Assembly (NCBI GenBank): GCA_963743305.1
Contig: CAVUPH010000014.1
Coordinates: 256,001 to 320,000, forward strand
Origin: an uncultured delta proteobacterium
Lineage (GTDB): Bacteria; Desulfobacterota; RBG-13-43-22
Reading direction: 5' to 3'
DNA length: 64,000 nucleotides
Positions 44,493 through 54,355 of this stretch are shown in pieces. The notes under the pieces were generated by a model. The model did not search any database and was not told where the DNA came from. It saw only the letters and a list, made by a program, of their open reading frames with translations. Each line of letters begins with the position of its first letter. Positions within the stretch are counted from its first letter, which is position 1. The position numbers and the translations under genes were made by a program.

Positions 44493-45532
44493 GCGCTCTC
44501 CTGCTTTTCCTGCCGCAGATGAACTGTACGCTGCGGGAAGGGGATCTCGATGCCTTCTTCTTTGAAACGCTTGAAGATACGTTTCCGCAATTCATGCTGG
44601 GCCAGGTAGTTGTCCACAAACTCGTTAACCTGGCAGATCAGTGTAAAATCCAGGGAGCTGTCTCCGAAACCTGGAATAAAGCGGACCAAGGGTTCCGGTT
44701 CCGCCAACAGCCCGGGAACCTCCCCGGCGGTCTTCTTGGCCACCTCGATCAAGATGCGCTCCACCCGCTCGGGATCCGTGTCATAGCTGACCGACACCGG
44801 AATAAGCAGCGAAAGGCGCTTTTCCGGCAAATAATAATTCGTGATGACACTTTGGGCCAGCTTGCCGTTCGGAATCACGACGAGGTTGTTGGCCAGCAGC
44901 CGGACGCGGGTCGTCCGCCAGTTGATATCGGTTACAATCCCTTCCTGGCCCGATTCCAGCCGGATGAAATCACCGACTCGGATGGCCCGTTCCATCAATA
45001 GGTTGATTCCGGCAAAAAGGTTTTCCAGGGTATCCTTCAGGGCCAGACCTACCGCCAGGCCGCCGACGCCGAGCGCGGTAACCATGGGGGCGATGGAAAC
45101 TCCCAAAATGGTCAAGGCCGTCAAGAACCCGATGATCGCGATGATTCCCTTAACAATTCCCTGAGCCAGTCCGGTGCTTGGGACGGGTAAGTCCAGTTTT
45201 TCGATGTAAAAGTTAAAAAGTCTTCCGGATAAATTCACGACCCCGATGACGATTGAAAGCAATATGGCCAGATGAATGGCTTTAGTACTATAAAATGCCA
45301 TACCGGAGGAAAGTTCCAGCAAGTCAACTCCCAGGCGGAGCCCGATGGCTAGACACAAAAAAATAGAAGGAATTTTAATCGCCCGGATGATCAGATCATC
45401 CATCCGGGAGTTGGTCCGTGTCGCCCAGTGATGAAGGGCACGCATCACAACGGCGCGAACGGCAAGCAGGATAGAGAAGATGATTAGAAAGGTTAGAAAG
45501 GGAACTAAATATTTATCTAAATAGGCATTCAT
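44489..45532 (-). CDS. mscS: Small-conductance mechanosensitive channel
   Basis: LGVGGLAVGLALKDTLENLFAG, VGDFI, INWRTT, IPN, GIEIPFPQRTVH. Confidence 0.92.
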   Translation of the reverse strand: MNAYLDKYLVPFLTFLIIFSILLAVRAVVMRALHHWATRTNSRMDDLIIRAIKIPSIFLCLAIGLRLGVDLLELSSGMAFYSTKAIHLAILLSIVIGVVNLSGRLFNFYIEKLDLPVPSTGLAQGIVKGIIAIIGFLTALTILGVSIAPMVTALGVGGLAVGLALKDTLENLFAGINLLMERAIRVGDFIRLESGQEGIVTDINWRTTRVRLLANNLVVIPNGKLAQSVITNYYLPEKRLSLLIPVSVSYDTDPERVERILIEVAKKTAGEVPGLLAEPEPLVRFIPGFGDSSLDFTLICQVNEFVDNYLAQHELRKRIFKRFKEEGIEIPFPQRTVHLRQEKQESA

Positions 45533-45538
45533 TGATTA

Positions 45539-45567
45539 ATAGTAACTGAAAGGGGCGCGACTGTCAA
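45539..45567 (-). promoter_or_regulatory. Sigma70 promoter of the mscS-trehalose operon
   Basis: Minus strand TTGACA (45567-45562), 17-nt spacer, TACTAT (45544-45539), then 6 nt before the ATG. Confidence 0.7.
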
Positions 45568-45707
45568 ATGATGAGCACCGGCAGGCAGTTGGCCATACGG
45601 GACTTTGAGCGAAGCGGTGCGGTCCTCCGGCTGTAGCCGGGGGAGACCTCAATGCCCATCCGGTCTTAACCCGCATTATTCCGGCTTCAATTCGGGTCGA
45701 GTAATGC

Positions 45708-46751
45708 TCATCCGTTTCGGCCCTCGAGGAATTTCTGGCTGATATCCTGCGCGATTAAAGGGGCATTTCCGCCGGCCCGGTTGTTAATGATCAGGTAAAG
45801 GTCCAGTTCCCTCTCGGCAGCCCGTTTCATCAACGCCACGGTGTCCTGGACCAGGCCCGGACTGAGCATCCCCTCCACGAGTTTATCGAAAGGATGGGCT
45901 TGAGCGAAAGCGTCTTCATAGCGCTTGCCGATGGGGGTCATCAGGCGAACCAGACCCACCCGGCCGGCGGTGACCCAGCGGCCGCCGGCCCGCGCCACTT
46001 GCCGGCTTAAGGGCGGCAGCCAGGTCCAGTGCGACAGGATCTGACCGACCCCATGCTTTTCCAAGACCTCGAATACGGGCGGAGACCAATAGGCTTCGGT
46101 CCTCAGCTCCAGGTGGTACCGGGTATCCCGGGGAAGGGCTTCAAAGAAGGCGTCCCATCCGGAGGCCAGTTGAGAGATGGGTATCCGATCTTCTTTACGC
46201 TGATACTCCTGTTCAAAGACCATCCCCGCCAGATTTGATCCTAATAATTTATTCGCCGGGAGGTAGAACTGGTCCAGGAATACGCGGGAATTCAAGTAAT
46301 GGGGGTTGGCGACCGTCTGGTTTCCCTGGCGGACCTTAAGGGCGCAGACTTCTTGAGGCACCTTTAAGATGACCCGATCATTTTTCCCCAGGTAATGGGT
46401 ATAATTTTTTAGAACATGGTAGTTCGAGGTGGGTTCTCCGTCCAGCGTCAGCAGCGGTCGATAAAAGGTGTAGTCCAGTTCCAGAATGGAAAAGTGCTCG
46501 AAATACTCCCGGACGCTGTCCACCGGCACGATTTCATCCCGGTAAACTTTCCCACCCACGGTATGAGACCGGTGAGTGATCCGGCCCTGGTACTTTTCCG
46601 CGGAATAGATCTGGCCGATCCAGCCCGCGTAGCGGTCGCTGGCCGTGCCGATGAAAATATGGGGATGAAGACCCCGGAAACGAAAACTTTTCAGGTCTGC
46701 TTTTTTCACCAATGCGCTCCCTATAGGGTTTTGCCGCCAGGACGCCTCCAA
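45708..46751 (-). CDS. DUF72 domain protein
   Basis: IGTASDRYAGW, ELDYTFYR, LKVPQ, LELRT, INNRAGGNAP. Start uncertain. Confidence 0.85.
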   Translation of the reverse strand: MEASWRQNPIGSALVKKADLKSFRFRGLHPHIFIGTASDRYAGWIGQIYSAEKYQGRITHRSHTVGGKVYRDEIVPVDSVREYFEHFSILELDYTFYRPLLTLDGEPTSNYHVLKNYTHYLGKNDRVILKVPQEVCALKVRQGNQTVANPHYLNSRVFLDQFYLPANKLLGSNLAGMVFEQEYQRKEDRIPISQLASGWDAFFEALPRDTRYHLELRTEAYWSPPVFEVLEKHGVGQILSHWTWLPPLSRQVARAGGRWVTAGRVGLVRLMTPIGKRYEDAFAQAHPFDKLVEGMLSPGLVQDTVALMKRAAERELDLYLIINNRAGGNAPLIAQDISQKFLEGRNG

Positions 46752-46755
46752 CGGA

Positions 46756-47334
46756 TCACCCTTGTCGGGCCAACCGCTTCACCTCTTCATATCGGAAACA
46801 GTCGACGGTATGGTCGTTGACCATCCCGACGGCCTGCATGAAGGCGTAGCAGATGGTTGAGCCCACAAAGGTCAACCCTCGCTTTTTGAGGTCTTGGCTC
46901 AATCGGTCCGATATTTCGGTCCGGGCCGGCAATTCGGCCGGGGTTTCCCAGGCATTCTGCCGGGGGGTGTTATCGACATATCCCCAGAGAAACGTATCAA
47001 AAGAACCAAACGACTCCATTATTTCCAGTACCTTTCGGGCGTTCCTGATGGCCGATTCTATCTTCAGCCGGTTGCGGACGATGCCTGGATCGGCGAGCAG
47101 GCGCCTCACATCACCTTCCGAATAGGCGGCCACCCGTTCTACCTCGAATTCGTGAAAAACCCGGCGATAATGCTCTCTTTTCCTCAGGATCGTCAACCAG
47201 CTCAAGCCGGCCTGCGCACCCTCGAGAATCAATAACTCGAACAGGCGCCGGTCGTCGTGCACGGGTACGCCCCACTCGTCATCGTGGTAGGTGACATAGA
47301 GGGGGTTACTGCCGCACCATTCACAGCGAATCAT
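46756..47334 (-). CDS. tag: DNA-3-methyladenine glycosylase I
   Basis: RCEW, YHDDEWG, LEGAQAGLSW, VRNRLKI, GMVNDH...C. Confidence 0.95.
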   Translation of the reverse strand: MIRCEWCGSNPLYVTYHDDEWGVPVHDDRRLFELLILEGAQAGLSWLTILRKREHYRRVFHEFEVERVAAYSEGDVRRLLADPGIVRNRLKIESAIRNARKVLEIMESFGSFDTFLWGYVDNTPRQNAWETPAELPARTEISDRLSQDLKKRGLTFVGSTICYAFMQAVGMVNDHTVDCFRYEEVKRLARQG

Positions 47335-47435
47335 CGAACTCGTCGATCCTTTCTTTATACAAGTCCTCCCGAATGACTTCGTGTCCCCTTTCCTTTTTCA
47401 TTTCGTCACCCGGTGCATCAGACCGTCTCCTTTGG

Positions 47436-48569
47436 TCAATAGATATCAAAGACGACGAGTTTAACGGGAACGGTGCCGTTCAAAAAAGGCGCCTGCTTTT
47501 GAGGTTTCAGTCCAATTTCCTTCAGTGGTGCGGTCGCGGGCGCGAGAATCCCGCAGCGCCAGCCTTTAAAGTGATTTTTGAGGTGGTCGCCGATGGCTCG
47601 CAGAAATTCGGCGCTCACTTCTTCTTCCTTCATGCGGACACCGTAAGGGATATTGGCGATCAGGAGTCCACCCTCCGCCGGTTTCTCCGTTTGGAAGAAG
47701 TCTCTGGTCTCAAACCGAACCACGGTTTCCAATCGGGCGTTGGCAGCAGTTTTTTGGGCGATCCTGACAAATTGGGGATCGATATCGGAAGCAAATATCC
47801 CCGCCGACGCGGGCCGTTCCGCCGCCAGCGCCGCGTCCCGAACGGCCTGCCAAAGCCCGGCATCAAAATCGAGCAGGTGTTCAAAACCGAAACCGCCTTT
47901 TTTTCTATTAATCAGCGGGGCCCGGTTGATTGCCGTTTGCGCGGCTTCGACCACGATGGTGCCGCTCCCGCACATGGGATCGAAAAAAGGCGTCGTCCCG
48001 TCGTATTCGCAGACCGCCAGCAGGGCCGCGGCCAACGTTTCCTTCAAAGGGGCCGGATGGCCCTCAACCCGGAACCCCCGCCGGTGCAGGCTCTCCAGCG
48101 AAGTATCGACGCTGACCATCAGCCGTTTGTGGTGGAAGTAGCCGGTGATCCCAATGACGGCGTCCCAGGAACTCTGGTTGGGCATGACCTTCAGGTGATG
48201 TTGAAAGCAATCGTTGATGGCTTCGCGCAATTTGCTGCCGATCAGGTGCGTGGGAATCGGACTTTCCTCGTTGGCCGCGACCACCGTGATACTGACCGCC
48301 TGTTTGTCAGAAAAGAGTTCGTGAAACCGAATCCTCCTGGCCTTATCGAAGATGATGGTCGGGGAGTGGGCCGGGATTTCTTTTAAAATCCGGTAAATCC
48401 GACTGGCCAGGCGGGAGTGCAGGTGTACCCGGTAACTGACTTCTTTCGACGCGGAAAAGTATACCACCCGGTAGGCGGTCCGTACCGCGGTTCCTCCCAG
48501 GGATGCGATTTCCTTGGCCAAAAGGCCCGTCAGTTCATCGGGGCAGGTGGCGTAAAGCGGATATTCCAT
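47436..48569 (-). CDS. THUMP-domain RNA methyltransferase (second RlmL-like paralog)
   Basis: LHRRGFR...APLKETLAA, DPMCGSGTI, NIPYG. Confidence 0.9.
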   Translation of the reverse strand: MEYPLYATCPDELTGLLAKEIASLGGTAVRTAYRVVYFSASKEVSYRVHLHSRLASRIYRILKEIPAHSPTIIFDKARRIRFHELFSDKQAVSITVVAANEESPIPTHLIGSKLREAINDCFQHHLKVMPNQSSWDAVIGITGYFHHKRLMVSVDTSLESLHRRGFRVEGHPAPLKETLAAALLAVCEYDGTTPFFDPMCGSGTIVVEAAQTAINRAPLINRKKGGFGFEHLLDFDAGLWQAVRDAALAAERPASAGIFASDIDPQFVRIAQKTAANARLETVVRFETRDFFQTEKPAEGGLLIANIPYGVRMKEEEVSAEFLRAIGDHLKNHFKGWRCGILAPATAPLKEIGLKPQKQAPFLNGTVPVKLVVFDIY

Positions 48570-48652
48570 TAGCAGGTCCTTGGATTAAAGGTTCTTTTCT
48601 TGGCGACCGATACCCAAGGTATAGCATAACCCTGATGAAAGGAGATCCTTTG

Positions 48653-48877
48653 ATGAATTGCTGGGAATTCAAGAAATGCGGTCGCGAACACGGTGGAGCC
48701 CGGGCGAAAGAACTGGGCGTTTGTTCTGCCTATCCGGATCACGGGAAGCACTGCGCCCGTATAGCCGGCACATTGTGCGGCGGCCAGGTACAAGGAACTT
48801 TCGCCCATAAAGTGGCAAACTGTATGCAATGTGACTTCTTTAAAAGTCCCCATTATGACAAGTCCTATAAGGGTTGA
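48653..48877 (+). CDS. Small two-CW-domain-type Cys-rich protein
   Basis: MNCWEFKKCGRE...C..Y...C..IAGTLC...C..CDFF. RBS AAGGAG. Confidence 0.8.
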   Translation: MNCWEFKKCGREHGGARAKELGVCSAYPDHGKHCARIAGTLCGGQVQGTFAHKVANCMQCDFFKSPHYDKSYKG

Positions 48878-49311
48878 TGCTATCCTGATAAAAAGATATC
48901 GACTCGGCCGCCGTTCAATACGACTGTCCACCGTACCTTTTCATCCCCTCAACCTTCCTCCTCCAATTGTCGCAATCCATCTTGGCTCGTAAACGCTCCT
49001 CCGGCGACAGCTCAAGGAACCTCGCGACCAACCCCCTATCAATTGGGAAGAGGCTTCAAATATTGACTGGGAGGAATCTCTATTTTACATAAATTCTATC
49101 TCATCTCTCCAAATAATTCCAGTAAATCAATAAAATGGCAACTGCAACTTCGGTTATTAAAGTGGAATTCAATTCTATCCTTTTATTGCCATTACCGCCT
49201 CTCAATGATACTCTCAAATTCCGGGTTCATTGAAATGCTCCTGCGCCTGTCACAGCTAATGGATGCGTTACCGGAAATCCGGGTAGAGGAACAAAGTAAG
49301 GAGAAAAATGA

Positions 49312-49665
49312 ATGATGAGACGATTTGAGATCAGGGGCTGGATGGTGTTGTGTTTCTTGGCTTCTCTCGGATTCGGATCATGGCCGGCGGCGGCCTTGGC
49401 CGACTACCGCCAATATTACGGCTGGGGACCGGGCATGATGGGCTGGGGGCCCATGGGGTGGTTTGGGCCTTTGGGTATGATCCTTTTCTGGGTAGTGATG
49501 ATCCTCGTGATCATTTTGCTGATCCGGGGATTCCGGACTTCGAAAGGGAGCGCCCGGGAGTCCGGTCCCGCGGCGGAATCGGCCCTGGATATCCTGAAAA
49601 AACGATATGCCCGGGGAGAGATCAATAAGGAAAAATATTTGGAGAAGAAAAGGGATCTGGATTAA
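49312..49665 (+). CDS. SHOCT-domain membrane protein
   Basis: GPGMMGWG, a TM helix, ALDILKKRYARGEINKE. Confidence 0.85.
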   Translation: MMRRFEIRGWMVLCFLASLGFGSWPAAALADYRQYYGWGPGMMGWGPMGWFGPLGMILFWVVMILVIILLIRGFRTSKGSARESGPAAESALDILKKRYARGEINKEKYLEKKRDLD

Positions 49666-49667
49666 CC

Positions 49668-50801
49668 ATGAAACGAGAAACGCAGTGCATCCACAGCGGC
49701 GGCTACCGGGACCCCATCACCCGGGGCCTGAACACTCCGATATTCACTTCCTCCTCCTACGAATATTTGGACCGGGAGGATTGTCCCTATCCGCGCTATT
49801 TCAACACCCCCAATCAGGAAGCGGTGGTTCGAAAGATGTGCGCCCTGGAGGAGGGCGAGGACGGGGTCCTCTTCAGTTCCGGCATGGCGGCCATGAGCAC
49901 GGCTATCCTGGCCTTTGCCAGCGCCGGGGACCACGTGGTCCTGATGGATGAACTGTACGGCGGGACCCACGCCATCGCTACGAAGGAGTTCAACCGGCTG
50001 AAGATCGATTACACCTTCGCACCGACCGAAGCTGAAGCCATCGTGCAGGCTTCCACCGACCGTACCCGAGTGATCGTGATCGAATCCCCTACCAATCCCC
50101 TCCTCGGTCTGGTCGACATTCGCCGCGTAGCGGCCTTGGCTCGGGAGCGGGGCATCACCACGATCATCGATAACACCTTTGCCACCCCCATAAATCAGAA
50201 CCCCTTGACCATGGGAGTCGACGTGGTAGTCCATAGCGGGACCAAGTACCTGGGGGGTCACAGCGATCTTTGCTGCGGGGTGGTGGTGACCTCGGCCGAA
50301 AAGGCCGCGCGCGTGCGGGACCTGGCCCGGAACCTGGGCGGCAGCCTGGATGCCAACAGCGCTTATCTGCTGGAACGGAGCCTCAAGACGCTCTCGCTGA
50401 GGGTCGGACGCCAGTCCGAGAACGCCCAGCGCCTGGCGGAGTTCCTGGAGCGGCAGGCGGGGGTAACCCGCGTTTTTTATCCCGGGCTGAAGACCGCTCC
50501 GGGCCACTCCCTGGCCCAGGCCCAGATGCAGGCCTTTGGGGGTATGCTTTCCTTTGAATTGGATGAAAAAAAGATAGCCTCCTCCCAATTCCTTCGGCGC
50601 CTGCAATTGATTAAACCGGCCGTGAGCCTCGGCGGCGTGGAATCGACCATCTGCGCCCCGGCGGTCACCTCCCATGCCAAGATCTCGGCCGCCGAGAGAA
50701 AGCGGATCGGCATTTCCGACTCCTTGTTCCGACTGTCGGTCGGCATCGAGCACCCCGAAGATCTAACGGAGGATCTGGCTAGGGCACTGGATAGGAGATA
50801 G
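49668..50801 (+). CDS. Cys/Met metabolism PLP-dependent enzyme (cystathionine lyase/synthase family)
   Basis: FSSGMAA, ESPTNP, DNTFATP, HSGTKYLGGHSD, SLGGVES, RLSVGIE. Confidence 0.92.
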   Translation: MKRETQCIHSGGYRDPITRGLNTPIFTSSSYEYLDREDCPYPRYFNTPNQEAVVRKMCALEEGEDGVLFSSGMAAMSTAILAFASAGDHVVLMDELYGGTHAIATKEFNRLKIDYTFAPTEAEAIVQASTDRTRVIVIESPTNPLLGLVDIRRVAALARERGITTIIDNTFATPINQNPLTMGVDVVVHSGTKYLGGHSDLCCGVVVTSAEKAARVRDLARNLGGSLDANSAYLLERSLKTLSLRVGRQSENAQRLAEFLERQAGVTRVFYPGLKTAPGHSLAQAQMQAFGGMLSFELDEKKIASSQFLRRLQLIKPAVSLGGVESTICAPAVTSHAKISAAERKRIGISDSLFRLSVGIEHPEDLTEDLARALDRR

Positions 50802-50850
50802 GCATTAAGAAAAAACCCAGACCTGAAGGAAAGACCAGAGCCCTTAAATC

Positions 50851-51153
50851 ATGACCTATTCAAAGCCGATTGAACTTCCCATCGACGGCGTCCTGGACCT
50901 GCATACCTTTCCTCCCCGGGAAGTCAAAGCCTTAATTCCCGATTACCTGATAGCCTGTCTTGAAAAGGGCATCTACCAGGTGCGCATTATTCACGGCAAA
51001 GGTACCGGGGCCTTGCGGGAAATCGTCCACGCCGTTCTTAGAAAACAGCCCGGGGTCGCTTCATATCGTTTGGCCGGCGAGGAGGAAGGGGGCTGGGGCG
51101 CCACGCTGGTGCTCCTCAGGCCTGTTTCCAGGCCCACAGCATCCACGCTATAA
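50851..51153 (+). CDS. Stand-alone Smr-domain protein
   Basis: LDLHTF, IIHGKGTGALR, GGWGATLV. Confidence 0.9.
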   Translation: MTYSKPIELPIDGVLDLHTFPPREVKALIPDYLIACLEKGIYQVRIIHGKGTGALREIVHAVLRKQPGVASYRLAGEEEGGWGATLVLLRPVSRPTASTL

Positions 51154-51215
51154 CCTTTCCAGGCAAAAGGCGCCGGCGCGTCCTGGCCGGGACGGAAATT
51201 ATTATTTCAGGCTTG

Positions 51216-51244
51216 TTGACTTTTATCGACCCAGGCCTTAAGAT
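51216..51244 (+). promoter_or_regulatory. Sigma70 promoter of the DUF2946-like/DUF2318/ABC region
   Basis: TTGACT (51216-51221), 17-nt spacer, TAAGAT (51239-51244). Confidence 0.6.
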
Positions 51245-51272
51245 TTAATAACGAAGAAAAGAGCCGAAGCCT

Positions 51273-51680
51273 TTGAAATCAAAAACCCTTCAATCTGCAC
51301 TGGTTATAACTTTAGTTCTAAGTCTATTCGGGTTAGGGCTCGCGTCACCCTTAGCTCCCTGTAATTGTTTGAAGTCTAAAGCCCGGACGACTGCCGTGCA
51401 TCCCCACCAGGATACGGGTTGCTGTAAACCGCCGGCCGTACCTTCCTCGCCCGTCTGCCCCTGTGAGGACGACTGTAATCCTACTTTCCAATCGCCGGTC
51501 AAGGATCTTGTCTTATCGCTTAACGCCGGTCAATCGGCTTTTTCTTTAGAAATCAGCCACTTTTTTTCAACTAGCCGTGGATCCCTGCCGTCTGAACTGT
51601 TGGCTTCAGGGCTGGTTTTTCCGATCCACAGCCCTCCACCTGGCCCGTTGTACCTCAAGACCCTTTCCCTGCGCTGTTAA
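51273..51680 (+). CDS. Cys/His-rich exported small protein, DUF2946-like
   Basis: Signal-like N-terminus, CxC, HPH, CC, CxC, and C-terminal HSPPPGPLYLKTLSLRC. TTG start. Confidence 0.55.
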   Translation: MKSKTLQSALVITLVLSLFGLGLASPLAPCNCLKSKARTTAVHPHQDTGCCKPPAVPSSPVCPCEDDCNPTFQSPVKDLVLSLNAGQSAFSLEISHFFSTSRGSLPSELLASGLVFPIHSPPPGPLYLKTLSLRC

Positions 51681-51869
51681 TCCCTCCATCCCTTCAGCGG
51701 ATCTCTTAATCCTTCTTTAAAGAAAGTCTTAGGCTATTATTTTGGCCAAGGCCCGGGTCCTTCCTATTTCAGGATGGGGCGGATCAACTAAAATTCAACG
51801 TTAGCCAATAACTAGTTGTTTCGATTCGCAATATGAATCGAGGGACTCAGCAAGAAAGGAGACCTTAAA

Positions 51870-52346
51870 ATGTTTTCCAACTATTTAAAAAAGTCCAATC
51901 CCGTTTTTTCCTGCCTGTCCGGCCTAATTCTTTTTTCGGGTATTCTGGTGTTTTCTTATTCACAGGTCCTGGCCCTGGAAAAAACCGCCTCCATTCCGTC
52001 CGAATTTTCATATCCAGCCTCTCAGTTTGCCGACGGAAAGGCCCGCTTCTTTAGCTATTCCGCTCCCGGGGGAATAACCATCAAATATTTTATCATCAAG
52101 AGTTCCGACGGCGTCATCCGGGCCGCTTTCGATGCCTGCGATGTCTGCTGGCCCTCCGGAAAGGGATACAAGCAGGATGGTGATTTCATGGTCTGCCAGA
52201 ACTGCGGGAAGCGGTTTGCCTCCAAACTGGTAAATGAGGTCAAGGGCGGCTGCAACCCGGCGCCTCTGACGAGGACGATCCAAGGGGTCCATCTGGTTAT
52301 CAAGACCAAGGATATCCTGACCGGCCGCAATTATTTCAATTTCTAA
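51870..52346 (+). CDS. DUF2318 (predicted Fe-S/metal-binding) protein
   Basis: AFDACDVC...GY...VCQNC...GGCNPAPL. RBS AAGGAG. Confidence 0.85.
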   Translation: MFSNYLKKSNPVFSCLSGLILFSGILVFSYSQVLALEKTASIPSEFSYPASQFADGKARFFSYSAPGGITIKYFIIKSSDGVIRAAFDACDVCWPSGKGYKQDGDFMVCQNCGKRFASKLVNEVKGGCNPAPLTRTIQGVHLVIKTKDILTGRNYFNF

Positions 52347-52361
52347 ATCGAGGATTCCGTT

Positions 52362-53520
52362 ATGAAACTCAGAACCATTGCCTATCGCAATTTGATGCGT
52401 CGGAAGGCCAAGGCCCTGTTTATCCTGGTAGGCCTCCTGATCGGGATCGCTTCGGTGGTGGCCTTCATCAGTCTGGTGGAGGCCCTGACCAGGGAAATCA
52501 ACCATAAGATGGAAAAATACGGGGCCAATATTCTGATAGTTCCCAAAACTGAAAATCTATCCCTGACTTACGGCGGGATATCCCTGGGCGGCCTCTCTTT
52601 TGATATGCAGGAAATTAAGCAGGCCGATCTGGAGAAGATTAGGACCATAAAAAATAAAGCCAATGTGGCGGCGATCGGCCCTATGGTTTTGGGCGCTGTG
52701 ACGGTCAATAATAAACAGCTCTTGCTGGGAGGACTGGATTTCAAGGTCCGCCGCTTTCTACGCCCCTGGTGGAAGACCGAAGGGCGTTTCCCTGATCAAG
52801 AAGAAATCCTGGCCGGCTCGGAAGCCGCCCGCATATTAGGGCTGACCGAAGGGAAAGCGGTCGCCCTCAACGGAAAGAACCTCCGGGTTTCCGGCATTTT
52901 GGAACCTACCGGGTCCCAGGATGACCAGATGATCTTCGGGCACCTGACCACCGCCCAGGCGATTCTGGGCAAGCAGGGGCGCATCTCCATGGCCGAGGTG
53001 GCCGCTTTGTGCTCCGGTTGCCCCGTAGAAGACATGGTGACCCAGATCTCCGGGGTCCTGCCGGGAGCCAAGGTCATGGCCATCAAGCAGGTGGTCCAGA
53101 GCCGGATGGAAGCCCTGGGGCATTTTCAAAAGCTGGCTTTCATACTATCCGGGCTGGTGATCCTGGTGGGAGCCTTGGTGGTTTTGGTGACGATGATGGG
53201 CAGCGTCCGGGAGCGAACCAGTGAGATCGGCATCTTCCGGTCCATCGGTTTTCGACGAAGCCACGTGATGCGCATCATCCTGCTGGAAGCCGGGGTGGTT
53301 TCTTTCCTGGCCGGGGTTGTGGGCTACCTGGTCGGCATCGGGGTCACGCAGGCGGCCCTGCCCTTCTTCTCCGAAGGCCACAGCCTGATCCGTCGGTTTT
53401 AGCCCGATCGTCGCCGGCGGGGCCGTGGGCCTGGCCCTCCTCTTGGGCCTCCTGGCCGGTATCTACCCGGCCTTGATGGCCGCCCGCCTGGATCCCAATG
53501 AAGCGCTGCGCACCCTTTAA
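52362..53520 (+). CDS. MacB/FtsX-type ABC transporter permease (frameshift near 53395)
   Basis: AYRNLMRRK, SVRERTSEIGIFRSIG, internal CSGC. C-terminal IYPALMAARLDPNEALRTL ends at TAA 53520 in the next frame. Confidence 0.88.
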
Positions 53521-53537
53521 TCGAAGAGGATCTGGAT

Positions 53538-54293
53538 ATGGACTACGTAAAAATGGAAAATATAGTTAAAACCTATGGCACGGGTGAGGGAAAGGTGGCC
53601 GCCCTTCAGGGAATCAGCCTGTCCATTCAAACCGATGAATTCGTGGCCATCATGGGCGAATCGGGATCGGGAAAATCAACCCTGCTATCCATCCTGGGCG
53701 TTTTGAATACCCCTTCCGGCGGTTCCTATCAGGTGAACGGGGTTGAGGTCTATTCCCTGACCAGTGAACAGCAGGCCGACTTTCGGCGGGAAAATTTGGG
53801 ATTCGTTTTTCAAAGCTTTCACCTGATCCCCTACCTGTCGGTGGCGGAGAACGTCATGCTGCCGCTGACCACCAAGCGTCTCAAGGAAAAGATCAAGCGG
53901 GAAATGGCCGACGAGGCCCTGTCCCGGGTGGGCCTGGCTTCCAAGGGCCACCGCTTGCCGAACCAGATCTCCGGCGGGGAGCAGGAGCGCGTGGCCATCG
54001 CCCGGGCCGTGGTCAACCGACCGCCGATTCTGCTGGCCGACGAACCCACCGGGAACCTGGACACCCGGACCGGCCTGGAGATCCTGGAGTTGCTTCAAGA
54101 GCTGAATGGGGAGGGCATGACCATCATCATGGTCACCCACAGCCCGGAATGGTCCCGTTATACCCATCGGATCCTGCAGATTTCCGATGGTCGGCTGAAG
54201 GGGGAGGAGACCAACTCCGCCCCGCTCGCGTTGGTTCCGGCCGAATTCGGGCTGCCTGGTTTTTCGGCGGGAAGGCTGGCGGCGGCGGGTTGA
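53538..54293 (+). CDS. ABC transporter ATP-binding protein (LolD/MacB-like)
   Basis: [36 protein letters not shown]. Confidence 0.95.
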   Translation: MDYVKMENIVKTYGTGEGKVAALQGISLSIQTDEFVAIMGESGSGKSTLLSILGVLNTPSGGSYQVNGVEVYSLTSEQQADFRRENLGFVFQSFHLIPYLSVAENVMLPLTTKRLKEKIKREMADEALSRVGLASKGHRLPNQISGGEQERVAIARAVVNRPPILLADEPTGNLDTRTGLEILELLQELNGEGMTIIMVTHSPEWSRYTHRILQISDGRLKGEETNSAPLALVPAEFGLPGFSAGRLAAAG

Positions 54294-54312
54294 TTATTAG
54301 CAGTCTTATAAA

Positions 54313-54355
54313 ATGGTTTCGCAAAAAGTCACCGAAAGATCGTTTTCGTCATTCC
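54313..54355. repeat. Truncated left end of the element at 63362-63506
   Basis: ATGGTTTCGCAAAAAGTC (54313-54330) is identical to 63364-63381 and is followed by GTCATT. Confidence 0.6.

Noticed and set aside
48900-49090. Minus-strand fragment reading IDRGLVARFLELSPEERLRAK
   Set aside because: Looks like a remnant of a small gene, but I found no clear start or intact ORF, so it is too weak to call.
47373-50753. Long ORFs 47373-48386 (+) and 49662-50753 (-)
   Set aside because: They are antisense shadows of the clearly identified methyltransferase and PLP-enzyme genes.
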